Position numbers and translations under genes: made by a program. Source: an uncultured archaeon (GTDB taxonomy: Archaea; Aenigmatarchaeota; Aenigmatarchaeia; QMZP01; JACQNV01). Taken from it: DNA of 64,000 bases. Each line of letters begins with the position of its first letter. Position 1 is the first letter of the stretch. The stretch is taken from positions 28,346 to 92,345 of the forward strand of contig CAZVWU010000001.1 in the NCBI GenBank assembly GCA_964631205.1, given 5' to 3'. The notes under the pieces were generated by a model. The model saw only the letters and a program-made list of their open reading frames with translations. It had not been told where the DNA came from and searched no databases. Positions 37,779-47,313 of the stretch are shown one piece after another.

Positions 37779-39074
37779 ATGAAAATCGCAATTATCGGCG
37801 GGACTGGTTATGTAGGTCTGTGCACAGGGCTGGGATTTGCAGTAAAAGGGCACCATGTTATTTGCGTTGGAAGAAATAAAGAGAAAATAGAGAAACTTAA
37901 ATCAGGGAAATCAATTATCTATGAACCTTTGGTTGGCACATATCTGGCAACTGTTCTTGAAAAGAAAAATTTTGAGCCGACAACTGACATGGATTATGCT
38001 ATAAAGAATTCTGATGTGATTTTTATTTCTGTTGGCACGCCGAGCAAGGCAGACGGGAGCATAGACACAGGCGATATAGAAGCTGTTTCAATGGAGATAG
38101 GCAGGCTGATGGCCTCAAGGGACTCTTATTTTGTTGTGGTTGTCAAATCGACTGTTGTCCCGGAAACAACAGAAAAGGTTGTAATACCAGAACTTGAAAA
38201 ACTTTCTTCCAAAAAAGCCGGTGAGGGTTTTGGCGTTTGCATGAATCCTGAATTTCTTAGGGAGGGGAAGGCATTGGACGATTTTCTAAATCCAGACAGG
38301 ATTGTAATAGGCGAATTGGATAAAAAATCAGGCGATATTGTGCAGGACCTGTATAAAAACTTTGATTCCCCTATAATCAGGACAAACCTGAAAACAGCTG
38401 AGATGATAAAGTATGCATCAAACGCATTCCTGGCGACAAAAATTTCTTTTGCAAACGAGGTTGGGAACATCTGTAAGATTCTTGGAATAGACAGTTATGA
38501 AGTGATGAATGGAGTTGGTCTTGATAAAAGAATAGGGAGGCATTTTTTGGATTCTGGAATTGGGTGGGGCGGGAGCTGCTTCCCAAAAGATATAGCGGCA
38601 ATTATAGCCAAGGCAAAGGAAATGGCCTATAACCCTGAAATATTGGATACGATAACAAAAACAAATGACCAGCAGCCGCTGAAATTAGTTGAAATTCTGC
38701 AGGGAAGGCTTCATTATTTAAGAGGGAAAAGGATAGCTGTTCTTGGGCTCGCATTTAAAGCCGATACAGATGACATCAGGGACACCAAATCAGCTCCAGT
38801 CATCGAAAAACTCCTGGAACTCGGAGCGGAGGTTGTAGCCTATGATCCAAAGGCAATCCAAAATTTCAGGGTCATGTTCCCTAAAATAAACTATGCTGAA
38901 TCATGTAAGGCCGCATTGGAAGGCGCAGATGCCTGCCTGATACTTACAGATTGGCAGGAATTCAGGAAGCTTGAAAATAATGATTTTGATTTGATGAAAA
39001 ACAGAGTAATAGTGGAAGGGAGAAGGGTTCTGGATAAGAAAAATGTTTCGGGTTTCGAGGGGATATGCTGGTAA
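37779..39074 (+). CDS. ugd: UDP-glucose/GDP-mannose 6-dehydrogenase family
   Basis: N-terminal Rossmann IAIIGGTGYVGL and catalytic GGSCFPKD. Confidence 0.8.
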   Translation: MKIAIIGGTGYVGLCTGLGFAVKGHHVICVGRNKEKIEKLKSGKSIIYEPLVGTYLATVLEKKNFEPTTDMDYAIKNSDVIFISVGTPSKADGSIDTGDIEAVSMEIGRLMASRDSYFVVVVKSTVVPETTEKVVIPELEKLSSKKAGEGFGVCMNPEFLREGKALDDFLNPDRIVIGELDKKSGDIVQDLYKNFDSPIIRTNLKTAEMIKYASNAFLATKISFANEVGNICKILGIDSYEVMNGVGLDKRIGRHFLDSGIGWGGSCFPKDIAAIIAKAKEMAYNPEILDTITKTNDQQPLKLVEILQGRLHYLRGKRIAVLGLAFKADTDDIRDTKSAPVIEKLLELGAEVVAYDPKAIQNFRVMFPKINYAESCKAALEGADACLILTDWQEFRKLENNDFDLMKNRVIVEGRRVLDKKNVSGFEGICW

Positions 39075-39179
39075 TTTTTAGTGGCGGGTAGTTTAGATTT
39101 ATTGATGATGCATCAAAGTTTGTTTATAAATACTGATACACTATATATACTAAAATATTTGAAAGGGGAGTGAAAACTA

Positions 39180-39224
39180 GGATGAAATTGATCTCAAAAA
39201 TCAGATAAGAGATTAATTTCCAAC
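39180..39224 (+). repeat. Degenerate H-like hairpin in the psmA 5' leader
   Basis: GAAATTGATC...GATTAATTTCCAAC-CGATAT-ATG. The TTTCCAAC-N6-ATG tail is shared with the aIF5A leader. Confidence 0.4.
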
Positions 39225-39230
39225 CGATAT

Positions 39231-39932
39231 ATGCAACCAGTACCTCCAAGCTACATGGCTTACGACAGGGCAATAACTGTTTTTTCGCCTGACGGAAGGC
39301 TTTTGCAAGTAGAGTATGCAAGGCAGGCGGTGAAGAAAGGTCCCACATCTCTTGGCATAAGGGTTCAAGATGCAGTTATATTAGGCGCAATCAAAACCAG
39401 TGCGCCGCTTCTTGCAGAAGACTCTCACAAGAAAATATATGAGGTAGACGATCACATCGGCGTCGCGATGTCAGGCCTGATAGCGGATGCAAGGGACCTT
39501 GTTGAACTTGCAAGGGTGAAGTCCCAGATAAGCAAAATAACCTTCGGGACTCCAATATCAGTCAGCACACTCACGAAATACGTAGCAGACAGGAAGCATA
39601 TCGTCACCCAGTATGCAGGCGTGAGGCCCTTCGGGGTCGGCTTCCTGATAGGCGGCGTTGACGAGACAGGAGCCAAGCTTTTTGAGACAGACCCTTCTGG
39701 CACAGTCATAGAATGGGTTGCCCAAGCAATAGGCAGGGGAGCTGAAAAGGCAAAGAAGGCGCTTGAAAAAGATTACAAACCAAAGATGTCTGCTGAAGAT
39801 GCTGTAAAGCTTGCGTGGGATGCCCTGAAAACTGCAGAGAAAGAAGCAGGTGCGAAAGATTTGGAAATTGCAGTTATAAAAAACAATGAGTTCAAAAGAC
39901 TTTCAGACAGCGAGATGGCCAGAATGGTTTAA
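39231..39932 (+). CDS. psmA: Proteasome subunit alpha
   Basis: YDRAITVFSPDGRLLQVEYA, the classic alpha-subunit N-terminus. Confidence 0.9.
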   Translation: MQPVPPSYMAYDRAITVFSPDGRLLQVEYARQAVKKGPTSLGIRVQDAVILGAIKTSAPLLAEDSHKKIYEVDDHIGVAMSGLIADARDLVELARVKSQISKITFGTPISVSTLTKYVADRKHIVTQYAGVRPFGVGFLIGGVDETGAKLFETDPSGTVIEWVAQAIGRGAEKAKKALEKDYKPKMSAEDAVKLAWDALKTAEKEAGAKDLEIAVIKNNEFKRLSDSEMARMV

Positions 39933-39935
39933 GGG

Positions 39936-40040
39936 TTTAGGTTGCACTATGCAATATGGTTTCTGTTAACATTCGGACTGGATATCACCAGAAGGCAGGA
40001 ACTTGCTGTTTAGGTTGCACTATGCAATATGGTTTCTGTT
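39936..40040 (+). repeat. 32-bp perfect direct repeat (TTTAGGTTGCACTATGCAATATGGTTTCTGTT) x2 with a 41-nt spacer
   Basis: Copies are at 39936-39967 and 40009-40040. The second copy contains the sdo1 start codon (ATGGTTTCTGTT). Confidence 0.7.
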
Positions 40041-40733
40041 GACCAGGCCGTTATAGCAAGAATAGTAAAACAAGGCATTACTTTTGAAATACTAGTCGAC
40101 CCTGAAAAGGCTCTAGAGTTCAGGAAAGGAAAGCCTTATTCTATAGAGAATATCTTAGCAATCAACCAGGTTTTCAAGGATTCCAAAAAAGGCGAAAGAG
40201 TTTCAAACCAGGAGCTGAAAAAAGGTTTCGAGACAACTGACATATTAAAGGTTGCAGAAATTATTATCAAGGAAGGCGAAGTCCAGCTTACCACAGAGCA
40301 GAGAAGGAAGATGGTGGAGGAGAAGAGGATTGAAATAGCCGGCATAATCTCAAGGCAAGGCGTTGACCCGAAAACACATGCCCCCCACCCTCAGCAAAGG
40401 ATACTAAATGCGATGGAACAAGCCCATGTTGATATAGACCCTTTCAGGCAGGCAAAAGACCAGGTACCGCAAATTATTAATAGGTTGCAACCAATAATAC
40501 CCATAGCTTTTGAAAAGGTCACTCTGGCTATAAAAATCCCAGTCGAGAATGCCGGAAAAGCTGGTTATGCTATAAGGGAATTTGGCGAAGTAGAAAAAGA
40601 GGAATGGACTTCTGCTTCTTGGATTGCAATGCTCACAATCCCTGCAGGCATGCAGACAGCTTTGTACGATAAAATAAATGGCCTGACAGCAGGCAGGGCA
40701 GAGGTCAAAATTTTGAAGAGGGAGAGCGTGTGA
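40029..40733 (+). CDS. sdo1: Ribosome maturation protein SDO1/SBDS
   Basis: 234 aa. It is in the conserved position between psmA and rrp4. Confidence 0.8.
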   Translation: MVSVDQAVIARIVKQGITFEILVDPEKALEFRKGKPYSIENILAINQVFKDSKKGERVSNQELKKGFETTDILKVAEIIIKEGEVQLTTEQRRKMVEEKRIEIAGIISRQGVDPKTHAPHPQQRILNAMEQAHVDIDPFRQAKDQVPQIINRLQPIIPIAFEKVTLAIKIPVENAGKAGYAIREFGEVEKEEWTSASWIAMLTIPAGMQTALYDKINGLTAGRAEVKILKRESV

Positions 40734-40772
40734 AATTTTTATATATATGAGAAACTGAAGGAGGAAGATAAT

Positions 40773-41564
40773 ATGGCAGAAATAGAAGAAATTAAAGAGG
40801 AAACAAAAAATGGCTTGATAAAAGCCGAAAGGGAGTTTGTGGTTCCGGGAGACAAAATAGTGAGCTCGATGGAGTTTTTGCCTGGAAAAAATTGTTTTAG
40901 GGATGGCGAATCTATTTTTTCAAAAAGGCTTGGTGTGGTGCACCTTGAAAACCATGTGATATCTGTTGTCCCTCTTTCTGGGGGCTACATGCCTCAGATT
41001 GGAGACATGGTTATAGGAGAAATTGAGGATGTTCAGGCAAATGGATGGTTTGTAAGCCTTGAAGCGCCTTACAGCTCTTATCTGTCTCTATCCGGCGTAA
41101 GGGGATATATAAGGCAAGGAACAGACCTCACAAAAATTTACAATGTGGGCGACCTTATTTATGTAAAAATTGTTTCTGTAAGCAAGCAAGGAGTTGGCCT
41201 CTCAATGCAAGATGACCGTGCAAGGAAATTAAACGGAGGGAAGGTGATATTAGTTGAGCCTGTGAAGGTTCCGCGAGTTATAGGAAAACAGGGTTCGATG
41301 ATAAGCCTTATAAAAAGAAAGACAGGAAGCAACATAATAGTCGGCCAGAATGGCATTATTTGGCTCCAGGGAGGGGATGAAACACTTGCAACTACAGTAA
41401 TAAAAATGGTTGAAAGGGAATCGCACAAGGAAGGATTGACAGATACAATTGAAAAGTTCCTTAATGAAAATGCGCCAACAAACCTTGTGCAGCCAGCAAT
41501 AAGCAATGGCGTTGAGCCGAAAGCTGAAACTGAATACCAGACGAATATCGAACAGAAGGAGTGA
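40773..41564 (+). CDS. rrp4: Exosome subunit Rrp4 (S1 plus KH)
   Basis: S1 domain (GDMVIGEIEDVQANGWFV) and KH (VIGKQGSMISLI). A GGAGG lies 10 nt upstream. Confidence 0.85.
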   Translation: MAEIEEIKEETKNGLIKAEREFVVPGDKIVSSMEFLPGKNCFRDGESIFSKRLGVVHLENHVISVVPLSGGYMPQIGDMVIGEIEDVQANGWFVSLEAPYSSYLSLSGVRGYIRQGTDLTKIYNVGDLIYVKIVSVSKQGVGLSMQDDRARKLNGGKVILVEPVKVPRVIGKQGSMISLIKRKTGSNIIVGQNGIIWLQGGDETLATTVIKMVERESHKEGLTDTIEKFLNENAPTNLVQPAISNGVEPKAETEYQTNIEQKE

Positions 41565-41568
41565 TAAT

Positions 41569-42282
41569 ATGGCTATAAAAAGAATAGATGGAAGAAAGCA
41601 TGAAGATATAAGGCCCATTGTAATGCAGGCAGGGATTCTTGAAAGGGCGCCAGGATCTGGCTTTGTAAAAATGGGCAGGACAACAGCATTGGCAGCAGTC
41701 TATGGGCCAAAAAAGTTGTTTTCAAAGCATCAGCAGGACGCTAACAAAGCGGTTTTGGAATGCCAATACCTGATGGCCCCATTTTCAACAGACGAAAGGG
41801 TCAGGCCCGGCCCAAACAGAAGGAGCACAGAAATATCAAAGGTCATGAGACAGGCACTGGAACCGGCAATATATCTGGAAGAATTCCCGCGGGCAATAAT
41901 AGACATCCATGTAGTGATTTTGCAGGCAGAGGCAGGCACAAGGACAGCAGCAATAAATGCAGCTTCAATAGCTCTTGCAGATGCAGGGATTCCGATGAGG
42001 GATCTTGTTGCGAGCGTCTCTGCAGGGAAAATTGAAGGGCAATACGTGCTTGACCTTGTTGGAAAGGAGGAAGATATGACCGAATGCGATTTGCCAATAG
42101 CTTACATGCCAAGGGAAAAGAAATTCTCTCTATTGCAGATGGACGGCGATATGCCATTAAAGGATGTGAAGAATGTCATTAACCTTGCAACCAAAGGGTG
42201 TGAACTGCTTTATGAGAAGCAGAAAGAAGCGTTGAAGGAGAGATGGGTAGGGCCTGCGAAGGCAGTCTCACTTGTTGTTTGA
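41569..42282 (+). CDS. rrp41: Exosome subunit Rrp41 (RNase PH)
   Basis: Starts RIDGRKHEDIRPI. RNase PH fold. Confidence 0.85.
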   Translation: MAIKRIDGRKHEDIRPIVMQAGILERAPGSGFVKMGRTTALAAVYGPKKLFSKHQQDANKAVLECQYLMAPFSTDERVRPGPNRRSTEISKVMRQALEPAIYLEEFPRAIIDIHVVILQAEAGTRTAAINAASIALADAGIPMRDLVASVSAGKIEGQYVLDLVGKEEDMTECDLPIAYMPREKKFSLLQMDGDMPLKDVKNVINLATKGCELLYEKQKEALKERWVGPAKAVSLVV

Positions 42283-42293
42283 ATGGAGGGATT

Positions 42294-43058
42294 ATGGGTA
42301 AAACAGACTACTTGATTGATCTGGCAAAACTGTCTAGCCGAGTTGACGGCAGAAAACCTGATGAATTCAGGAAAATAGAAATCCAGAGAGGCGTCATAGA
42401 AAAAGCAGAAGGTTCTGCCCTTGTAAAACTTGGCTCTACGCAAGTAATTGCCGGCGTAAAAATGGAAGTTAAGGAACCCTTCTCCGACACACCGAATGAA
42501 GGCGTCCTTATGGTAGGCGCAGAGTTTTCGCCTATAGCATCCCCAGAGTTCAGCCCAGGCCCCCCAGGCGAGAATGCAATAGAATTGGCAAGGATAGTGG
42601 ACCGTGGAATAAGAGAAAGCCATGCGATTGATGTCGAGAAACTGTGCATTGTTGAAAAGGAAAAGGTCTGGATAGTAAACATAGATATCCACATATTAGA
42701 CGACAGCGGAAACCTTATAGACGCAAGCGCCGTTGCAGCGATATCAGCCTTGCTGGACACAAAGTTCCCTAAGTATCAGGAAGAGAAAGTCATATATGAG
42801 GAAAAGACCAAAAAACAGCTTCCCCTGACATGCAAGCCTATTGCAGTCACTCATGTGAAGATTGGAGAAAGCCTTTTTATAGACCCTATGGCAGACGAGG
42901 AATCGGCGTCAACTGCAAGGCTTACAGTAGGCACAAAAGACAATGGAAATATCTGTGCATTGCAAAAAGGGGGGGTTGAAGGGCTTACAATGAAACAGAT
43001 AGAAGAAATATTTGAAAAGTCCATAGAAGCAGGGAAACAGTTAAGAAAGCTGCTCTAA
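42294..43058 (+). CDS. rrp42: Exosome subunit Rrp42 (RNase PH-like, inactive)
   Basis: Starts RVDGRKPDEFRKIEI. It follows rrp41. Confidence 0.8.
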   Translation: MGKTDYLIDLAKLSSRVDGRKPDEFRKIEIQRGVIEKAEGSALVKLGSTQVIAGVKMEVKEPFSDTPNEGVLMVGAEFSPIASPEFSPGPPGENAIELARIVDRGIRESHAIDVEKLCIVEKEKVWIVNIDIHILDDSGNLIDASAVAAISALLDTKFPKYQEEKVIYEEKTKKQLPLTCKPIAVTHVKIGESLFIDPMADEESASTARLTVGTKDNGNICALQKGGVEGLTMKQIEEIFEKSIEAGKQLRKLL

Positions 43059-43115
43059 GCGGATGAAGTCATGGCATATGACCATTTATACCATTAGGAT
43101 AAGATAAAGAAGATT

Positions 43116-43331
43116 ATGGTAAAAACAAGAAAAGTTGGCTCGACAGGAAGGTTTGGGGTGAGGTATGGCCTGAAAATAAGGAAAAATATCCTTGCAATAG
43201 ACAACCTTAGAAAAAGCCAGAAAAAATGCCCTAGCTGCCTAAAGCTAACAGTGAAAAGGCAATCGCCGGGAATATGGAGTTGCAGATCATGCGGCTTGAA
43301 GGTCGCTGGGAGGGCTTACCAGATATCATAA
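43116..43331 (+). CDS. rpl37ae: Ribosomal protein L37Ae (eL43)
   Basis: Contains GRFGVRYG and the zinc ribbon CPSC...CRSCG. Confidence 0.9.
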   Translation: MVKTRKVGSTGRFGVRYGLKIRKNILAIDNLRKSQKKCPSCLKLTVKRQSPGIWSCRSCGLKVAGRAYQIS

Positions 43332-43352
43332 GTATAGCAAGTTTCGTATGTT

Positions 43353-43499
43353 ATGTTAGAGTACAAGTGCGTCGCCTGCGGAAAGATAATATCAATGGAC
43401 CTGAAAACAGCAAAAAAAGTTATCTGTCCGTATTGCGGCTATAGGATAATAGAAAAAGTCAGGGGGAAGGGGATTAAGAAGATTTCAACAGGAACCTAG
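43353..43499 (+). CDS. rpoP: DNA-directed RNA polymerase subunit P (Rpo12/RpoP)
   Basis: 48 aa, MLEYKCVACGKIISMD...CPYCGYRI. It is under 60 aa and so absent from the ORF track. Confidence 0.7.
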   Translation: MLEYKCVACGKIISMDLKTAKKVICPYCGYRIIEKVRGKGIKKISTGT

Positions 43500-43561
43500 A
43501 ATGCGCAGAATAGATTTTCTACCTATCAACTCTTTTAACCCACTTAATATTTGCACAGTTT

Positions 43562-43897
43562 ATGGCTACAGAAAATAAGCCTCAACAGGCCCAGCAGCTT
43601 TTGGAGCAGGCGCAGATGCATCAGCAGCAGCTTCAAAGCCTCGTTGCACAGAAAGAAGCCCTGAACATGCAGACAACAGAGATCCAGAAGGCGCTAACAG
43701 AGCTTAGCACAACAAAAGATGATGTCTACAAAGTTGCAGGCCCAATACTGATAAAAACTGATCTTGAGTCGGTGAAAAAAGAACTGGGCGATAAACTCGA
43801 TTTTATTAGCCTCAGGATTAAAACACTTGAAAAGAGTGAAAAAAGGCTGAAAGAGCAGTTTGAGGAAATAAGCCAAAAGCTCTCAAAAATGGCCTGA
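43562..43897 (+). CDS. pfdB: Prefoldin beta subunit
   Basis: Coiled-coil, beta-hairpin, coiled-coil, about 110 aa. It is in the conserved position after rpoP. Confidence 0.75.
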   Translation: MATENKPQQAQQLLEQAQMHQQQLQSLVAQKEALNMQTTEIQKALTELSTTKDDVYKVAGPILIKTDLESVKKELGDKLDFISLRIKTLEKSEKRLKEQFEEISQKLSKMA

Positions 43898-43969
43898 CGA
43901 TTTTTTAAACTATGGGCTAAAATATTTCAACAAGTATATAAACATCTTGCACTATTAATATAATCAAAG

Positions 43970-44329
43970 GTGTGGAGGAGTATAGTGTTACAAAAATTAT
44001 TCCCTAAAGCTGAAGCTGATTTGATTGCTCCAGACGACTATGTTGAAGTGGATGTCAGTGACACAGTTGCACCAAGTAGAATGGGTAAAGTCGGCATAAA
44101 AATTGACAAACTAACAGACTTCTCTGACACAGAAAGGATACTCAAAGACCTCAGAGATGGCTCTGTAGTTTTCCTAAAGATAAAGGCACTTAAAGACAAA
44201 GATATGGGAGAACTAAAGAGGTCAATAGAAAGGCTTAAGAGAACTGTCCTGGCGCAAAACGGAGACATAGTTGGAATAGAGCAGGACTGGCTAATACTTA
44301 CACCGGAATTTGCAATTGTCCACAAATAG
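43970..44329 (+). CDS. sepF: SepF-like cell-division protein
   Basis: 119 aa. The sequence GSVVFLKIKALKDKDMGELKRSIERLKRTVLAQNGDIVGIEQDWLILTP fits the SepF domain pattern. ftsZ is also in this window. Confidence 0.5.
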   Translation: MWRSIVLQKLFPKAEADLIAPDDYVEVDVSDTVAPSRMGKVGIKIDKLTDFSDTERILKDLRDGSVVFLKIKALKDKDMGELKRSIERLKRTVLAQNGDIVGIEQDWLILTPEFAIVHK

Positions 44330-44416
44330 TGCCAAATGCCGGTTGGAACTGATTGCAGATCAATTGGACAGGCAATCAGTTTGTGATCTCTTTAAGCCAA
44401 CAGCTTACTCTAATTT

Positions 44417-44617
44417 ATGACTTCAGCCAAACTTGTAGCAGTCTGGATATCAGGCGGCATCCTTTTTCTGTTAGGCTCTTGGATAATAAACAATTTAAAA
44501 TTAGGCCCAGGCGTTTCTGATATACAATATGCCTTTGCATTGCTCCTAGCACTTGCTTTTTACTTAGTCGGAGGCCTTGCATGGATTTCTGTGGCTGCAG
44601 CTGCAAGGCACGGGTAA
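44417..44617 (+). CDS. Small membrane protein (2 TM)
   Basis: 66 aa, hydrophobic. Confidence 0.3.
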   Translation: MTSAKLVAVWISGGILFLLGSWIINNLKLGPGVSDIQYAFALLLALAFYLVGGLAWISVAAAARHG

Positions 44618-44630
44618 TCTGTTAAACAAA

Positions 44631-45317
44631 TTAACTGATAGGGATTCCAGCAGTTTTCATTACCTCTATTTTTCCTATTTCCAAAAACCTGACAGGGTAA
44701 ATGCTGGACACATCTTTCTTCAATTTTTTTTGGTAGGTGCCTGCAACAATATTTTTAACAAACTCATCTATTGTTGATTTTGATGCCTCATTTTTCAAAA
44801 AATTAATCACAAAAGCCCTGGATTTTTTCTGGATGTTGGATTCCGATTTCCTGTTCAGAATCATGGATGTGGTGATCTGGAGCTTCCATCCGTCCTTTGT
44901 GTCAGCCATATCTATCGCCTCAAGCTTCTGCAGGCCACTCCTAACACTTCTCGCTATATATTCAGGGCTGCATTCAAGCCCCCAGAAATATGTAGAAACC
45001 ACCTTCTCTTTCACATCGTCCACTTTAAAAATAAGTTTTAGGTGGCTTTTTGTCTTATCATTTGTGAGTTGGGGCACTCTTACCTTGATTGTCCTGCCAA
45101 AAAGATGGGACTGGTCTGTTGCAGGTGTTTCGTATAGGAATGTCTCGCCGAACATCTTAGGAGACAAAATACTGAACCAATCCTTTCCCTTCCACTTTTT
45201 TAGAGACTCTGATTTTGTTACCTGTGGTTTCTCCACTTCCTTCTGCTGCTTTTCCTGATCCTGCTTCTGCCTGTCCTTGTCTTTCTGCTCCAATCTTTTC
45301 AGATCCTGCTTTGCCAT
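44631..45317 (-). CDS. rps3ae: Ribosomal protein S3Ae (eS1)
   Basis: KKWKGKDWFSILSPKMFGE block. The K/E-rich N-terminus overlaps the 3' end of the DHH-family gene. Confidence 0.8.
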   Translation of the reverse strand: MAKQDLKRLEQKDKDRQKQDQEKQQKEVEKPQVTKSESLKKWKGKDWFSILSPKMFGETFLYETPATDQSHLFGRTIKVRVPQLTNDKTKSHLKLIFKVDDVKEKVVSTYFWGLECSPEYIARSVRSGLQKLEAIDMADTKDGWKLQITTSMILNRKSESNIQKKSRAFVINFLKNEASKSTIDEFVKNIVAGTYQKKLKKDVSSIYPVRFLEIGKIEVMKTAGIPIS

Positions 45318-46794
45318 AATTATCAATCCTAACCTCTTTATTATCTGCCTTTATATTTATATTCTTAATAGAAGCCTCCTTCAACAAGGCATCTACCCTA
45401 TTTATAAAAATTTCAACAGCATCTGCAGGTATGGATGCTCCAGCTGCGCCAGCATGGCCGCCGCCTTCGCCGCCAACTTCTTTGGATGCTATCTCCATCA
45501 CCTCTTTCAGGTTTATACCATTTGATACTTCTTTGTCTGTTGCCCTTGCAGAGATTTTAAACCCCTCCTCTGACTGGGAAATTCCTATAAGCGGCTTGCT
45601 TATCCCATTGTTTTTATGCAGAATTGAAATCACATTTGAAATTATGTGCTCTGATATTCTGCTGCCGGCAAGGAGGTAAAGCCCGTTTTCGGTCTCCCTT
45701 TTTACTTTTTCCCTGTTCTGCTCAAGCCAGCTGAGTGCAGAACCTATTGTTCTTCTGTAATCATTAAGAATATTTTTTATTTTCTCTTCAGTTTTTTTAT
45801 CCCCAAGGCAAAGTTGCAGCCCTAAATGCGCATTACCCATTTTCCCGCATGCATTTATCATTGTCGCAAATTCTGCAGCATCCCTGAGGTCTTCTGGTCT
45901 GTCGACAAGATCATACACATCCCCGAAAATCCACTCAGGGTTTTCATGGTTCGCATGTACCCTCTGGATTATTATTCCAGAGGCAAGCTTCCTCTGCTCC
46001 TCAACCGAAAGGTCAGAAAGCGTCCTCCATGAGCCGTCCTCCCTTTTCATCTCTATCCCAATCTGCTGCAGAAAAGCAACAGCCCCCATCTGGGACCCAG
46101 AAACTCCAGGTATGAACGGGTTAATTGAATATTCAAGGGCCTTGTAGATTGGTCTTGTTGTCCTTCCCCAGACCCTCAACCCTTTTCTTGAGCTGACTTT
46201 ATTAGCATCTATAGCATCTTTCAAAATAATTTTATTGATCCCGTCCAGGCCCCAGCCGTCGCCTGAGGAGTCTGCCTGAGAATCTCCTATTGCGCCGATT
46301 ATTGCCAGCTCGGCCATATCCATATTCGAATTGTCAACAGCCTTCGAAACCAGATAGCTTGTCCCTGAGCTCGAGATGCTGCCCATAATTCTAAAATCTA
46401 TTGGGTTCACCTGAATGATATGACTTTCGGGGATTCCCTGCGGCTGGTGGTGGTCAATTATGATTATTTTTTTGTCCTTCATGGAATTCAAAAATCCCAG
46501 CTGGCCTGACCCAAAATCCAAAAAAACAAGAAGCCCTTCCTTGCTCTCCCCTACTTTCAACTGGTTTGCCCTTGTCAGCTGTTTGTAAATGCTCACATGG
46601 AAAGGCTTTCCCTCCCTCAGCAAAGTTTTCACAAAAATTGAAGTCGCGGTTATTCCGTCGGCATCATACTGACCGAAAACCCTTATAGTATCGGAATAAG
46701 ATTTCACAAGCCCCGCTGCTTTTTTTGCCTGGCTGACCAAAGAATCCAGACCTTCAATCATAGAATACTTATATAAGAAGAAGTTTATATTCAA
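45157..46794 (-). CDS. DHH-family phosphoesterase (archaeal RecJ/Cdc45/GAN-like)
   Basis: Contains DADGITATSI, DHH (IIIDHHQP) and a DHHA1-like GGGH region. The C-terminal tail is Gly/Ala/Glu-rich. Confidence 0.7.
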   Translation of the reverse strand: MNINFFLYKYSMIEGLDSLVSQAKKAAGLVKSYSDTIRVFGQYDADGITATSIFVKTLLREGKPFHVSIYKQLTRANQLKVGESKEGLLVFLDFGSGQLGFLNSMKDKKIIIIDHHQPQGIPESHIIQVNPIDFRIMGSISSSGTSYLVSKAVDNSNMDMAELAIIGAIGDSQADSSGDGWGLDGINKIILKDAIDANKVSSRKGLRVWGRTTRPIYKALEYSINPFIPGVSGSQMGAVAFLQQIGIEMKREDGSWRTLSDLSVEEQRKLASGIIIQRVHANHENPEWIFGDVYDLVDRPEDLRDAAEFATMINACGKMGNAHLGLQLCLGDKKTEEKIKNILNDYRRTIGSALSWLEQNREKVKRETENGLYLLAGSRISEHIISNVISILHKNNGISKPLIGISQSEEGFKISARATDKEVSNGINLKEVMEIASKEVGGEGGGHAGAAGASIPADAVEIFINRVDALLKEASIKNINIKADNKEVRIDNYGKAGSEKIGAERQGQAEAGSGKAAEGSGETTGNKIRVSKKVEGKGLVQYFVS

Positions 46795-46816
46795 ATTCTG
46801 AAAATAATTTGGAAAT

Positions 46817-47269
46817 TTATTTCACTAACAGCACAGCCCTTTCCGGATCGTACTTCCAGCCTGATGGAAGGGTTTTTGTCCTAATGTAGTATTTTGCGAG
46901 CCTCCTGATTTTTGATTCTGTCAGCTCCAAACCCCTGTATGAGGTGTAATCCTTCTTGTTTTTTTGGAGATGGAATCGAAGGTTGACTGCCTTTTTCAGA
47001 AGATTAATCATGTCTTCAGGAAGTTCTGGGTAGGTTTTGTTATCCTTCAGTATTGTTGTGACAGGCTTGGATTTTACAGCCTTTACTGAAGGGACTCCGT
47101 ACTGGTCCCTTAAAACCAAGCCTATCTTTGCCGACTGCATGCCCTGCCTTGAAAGTTTCAAAACAATCTCCTCAACTTCCTTTGGCGAATATGTGACCCA
47201 AGGGGCTATTTTTTGTAGCGGCTTTTTGCTTCCATGCTTCCCCTTTTTCCTTGAATGCATCCGTGCCAT
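46817..47269 (-). CDS. rps15: Ribosomal protein S15 (uS15, S13e type)
   Basis: 150 aa, starts MARMHSRKKGKHGS. Confidence 0.85.
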   Translation of the reverse strand: MARMHSRKKGKHGSKKPLQKIAPWVTYSPKEVEEIVLKLSRQGMQSAKIGLVLRDQYGVPSVKAVKSKPVTTILKDNKTYPELPEDMINLLKKAVNLRFHLQKNKKDYTSYRGLELTESKIRRLAKYYIRTKTLPSGWKYDPERAVLLVK

Positions 47270-47313
47270 AAGTTAAAATATAGTTATATAATAATCAGCT
47301 ATTTAAATGATGC

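Noticed and set aside
41159-42760. Several 100-160-aa antisense ORFs inside rrp4, rrp41 and rrp42
   Set aside because: They overlap strongly supported exosome genes on the opposite strand, and their translations have no motifs.
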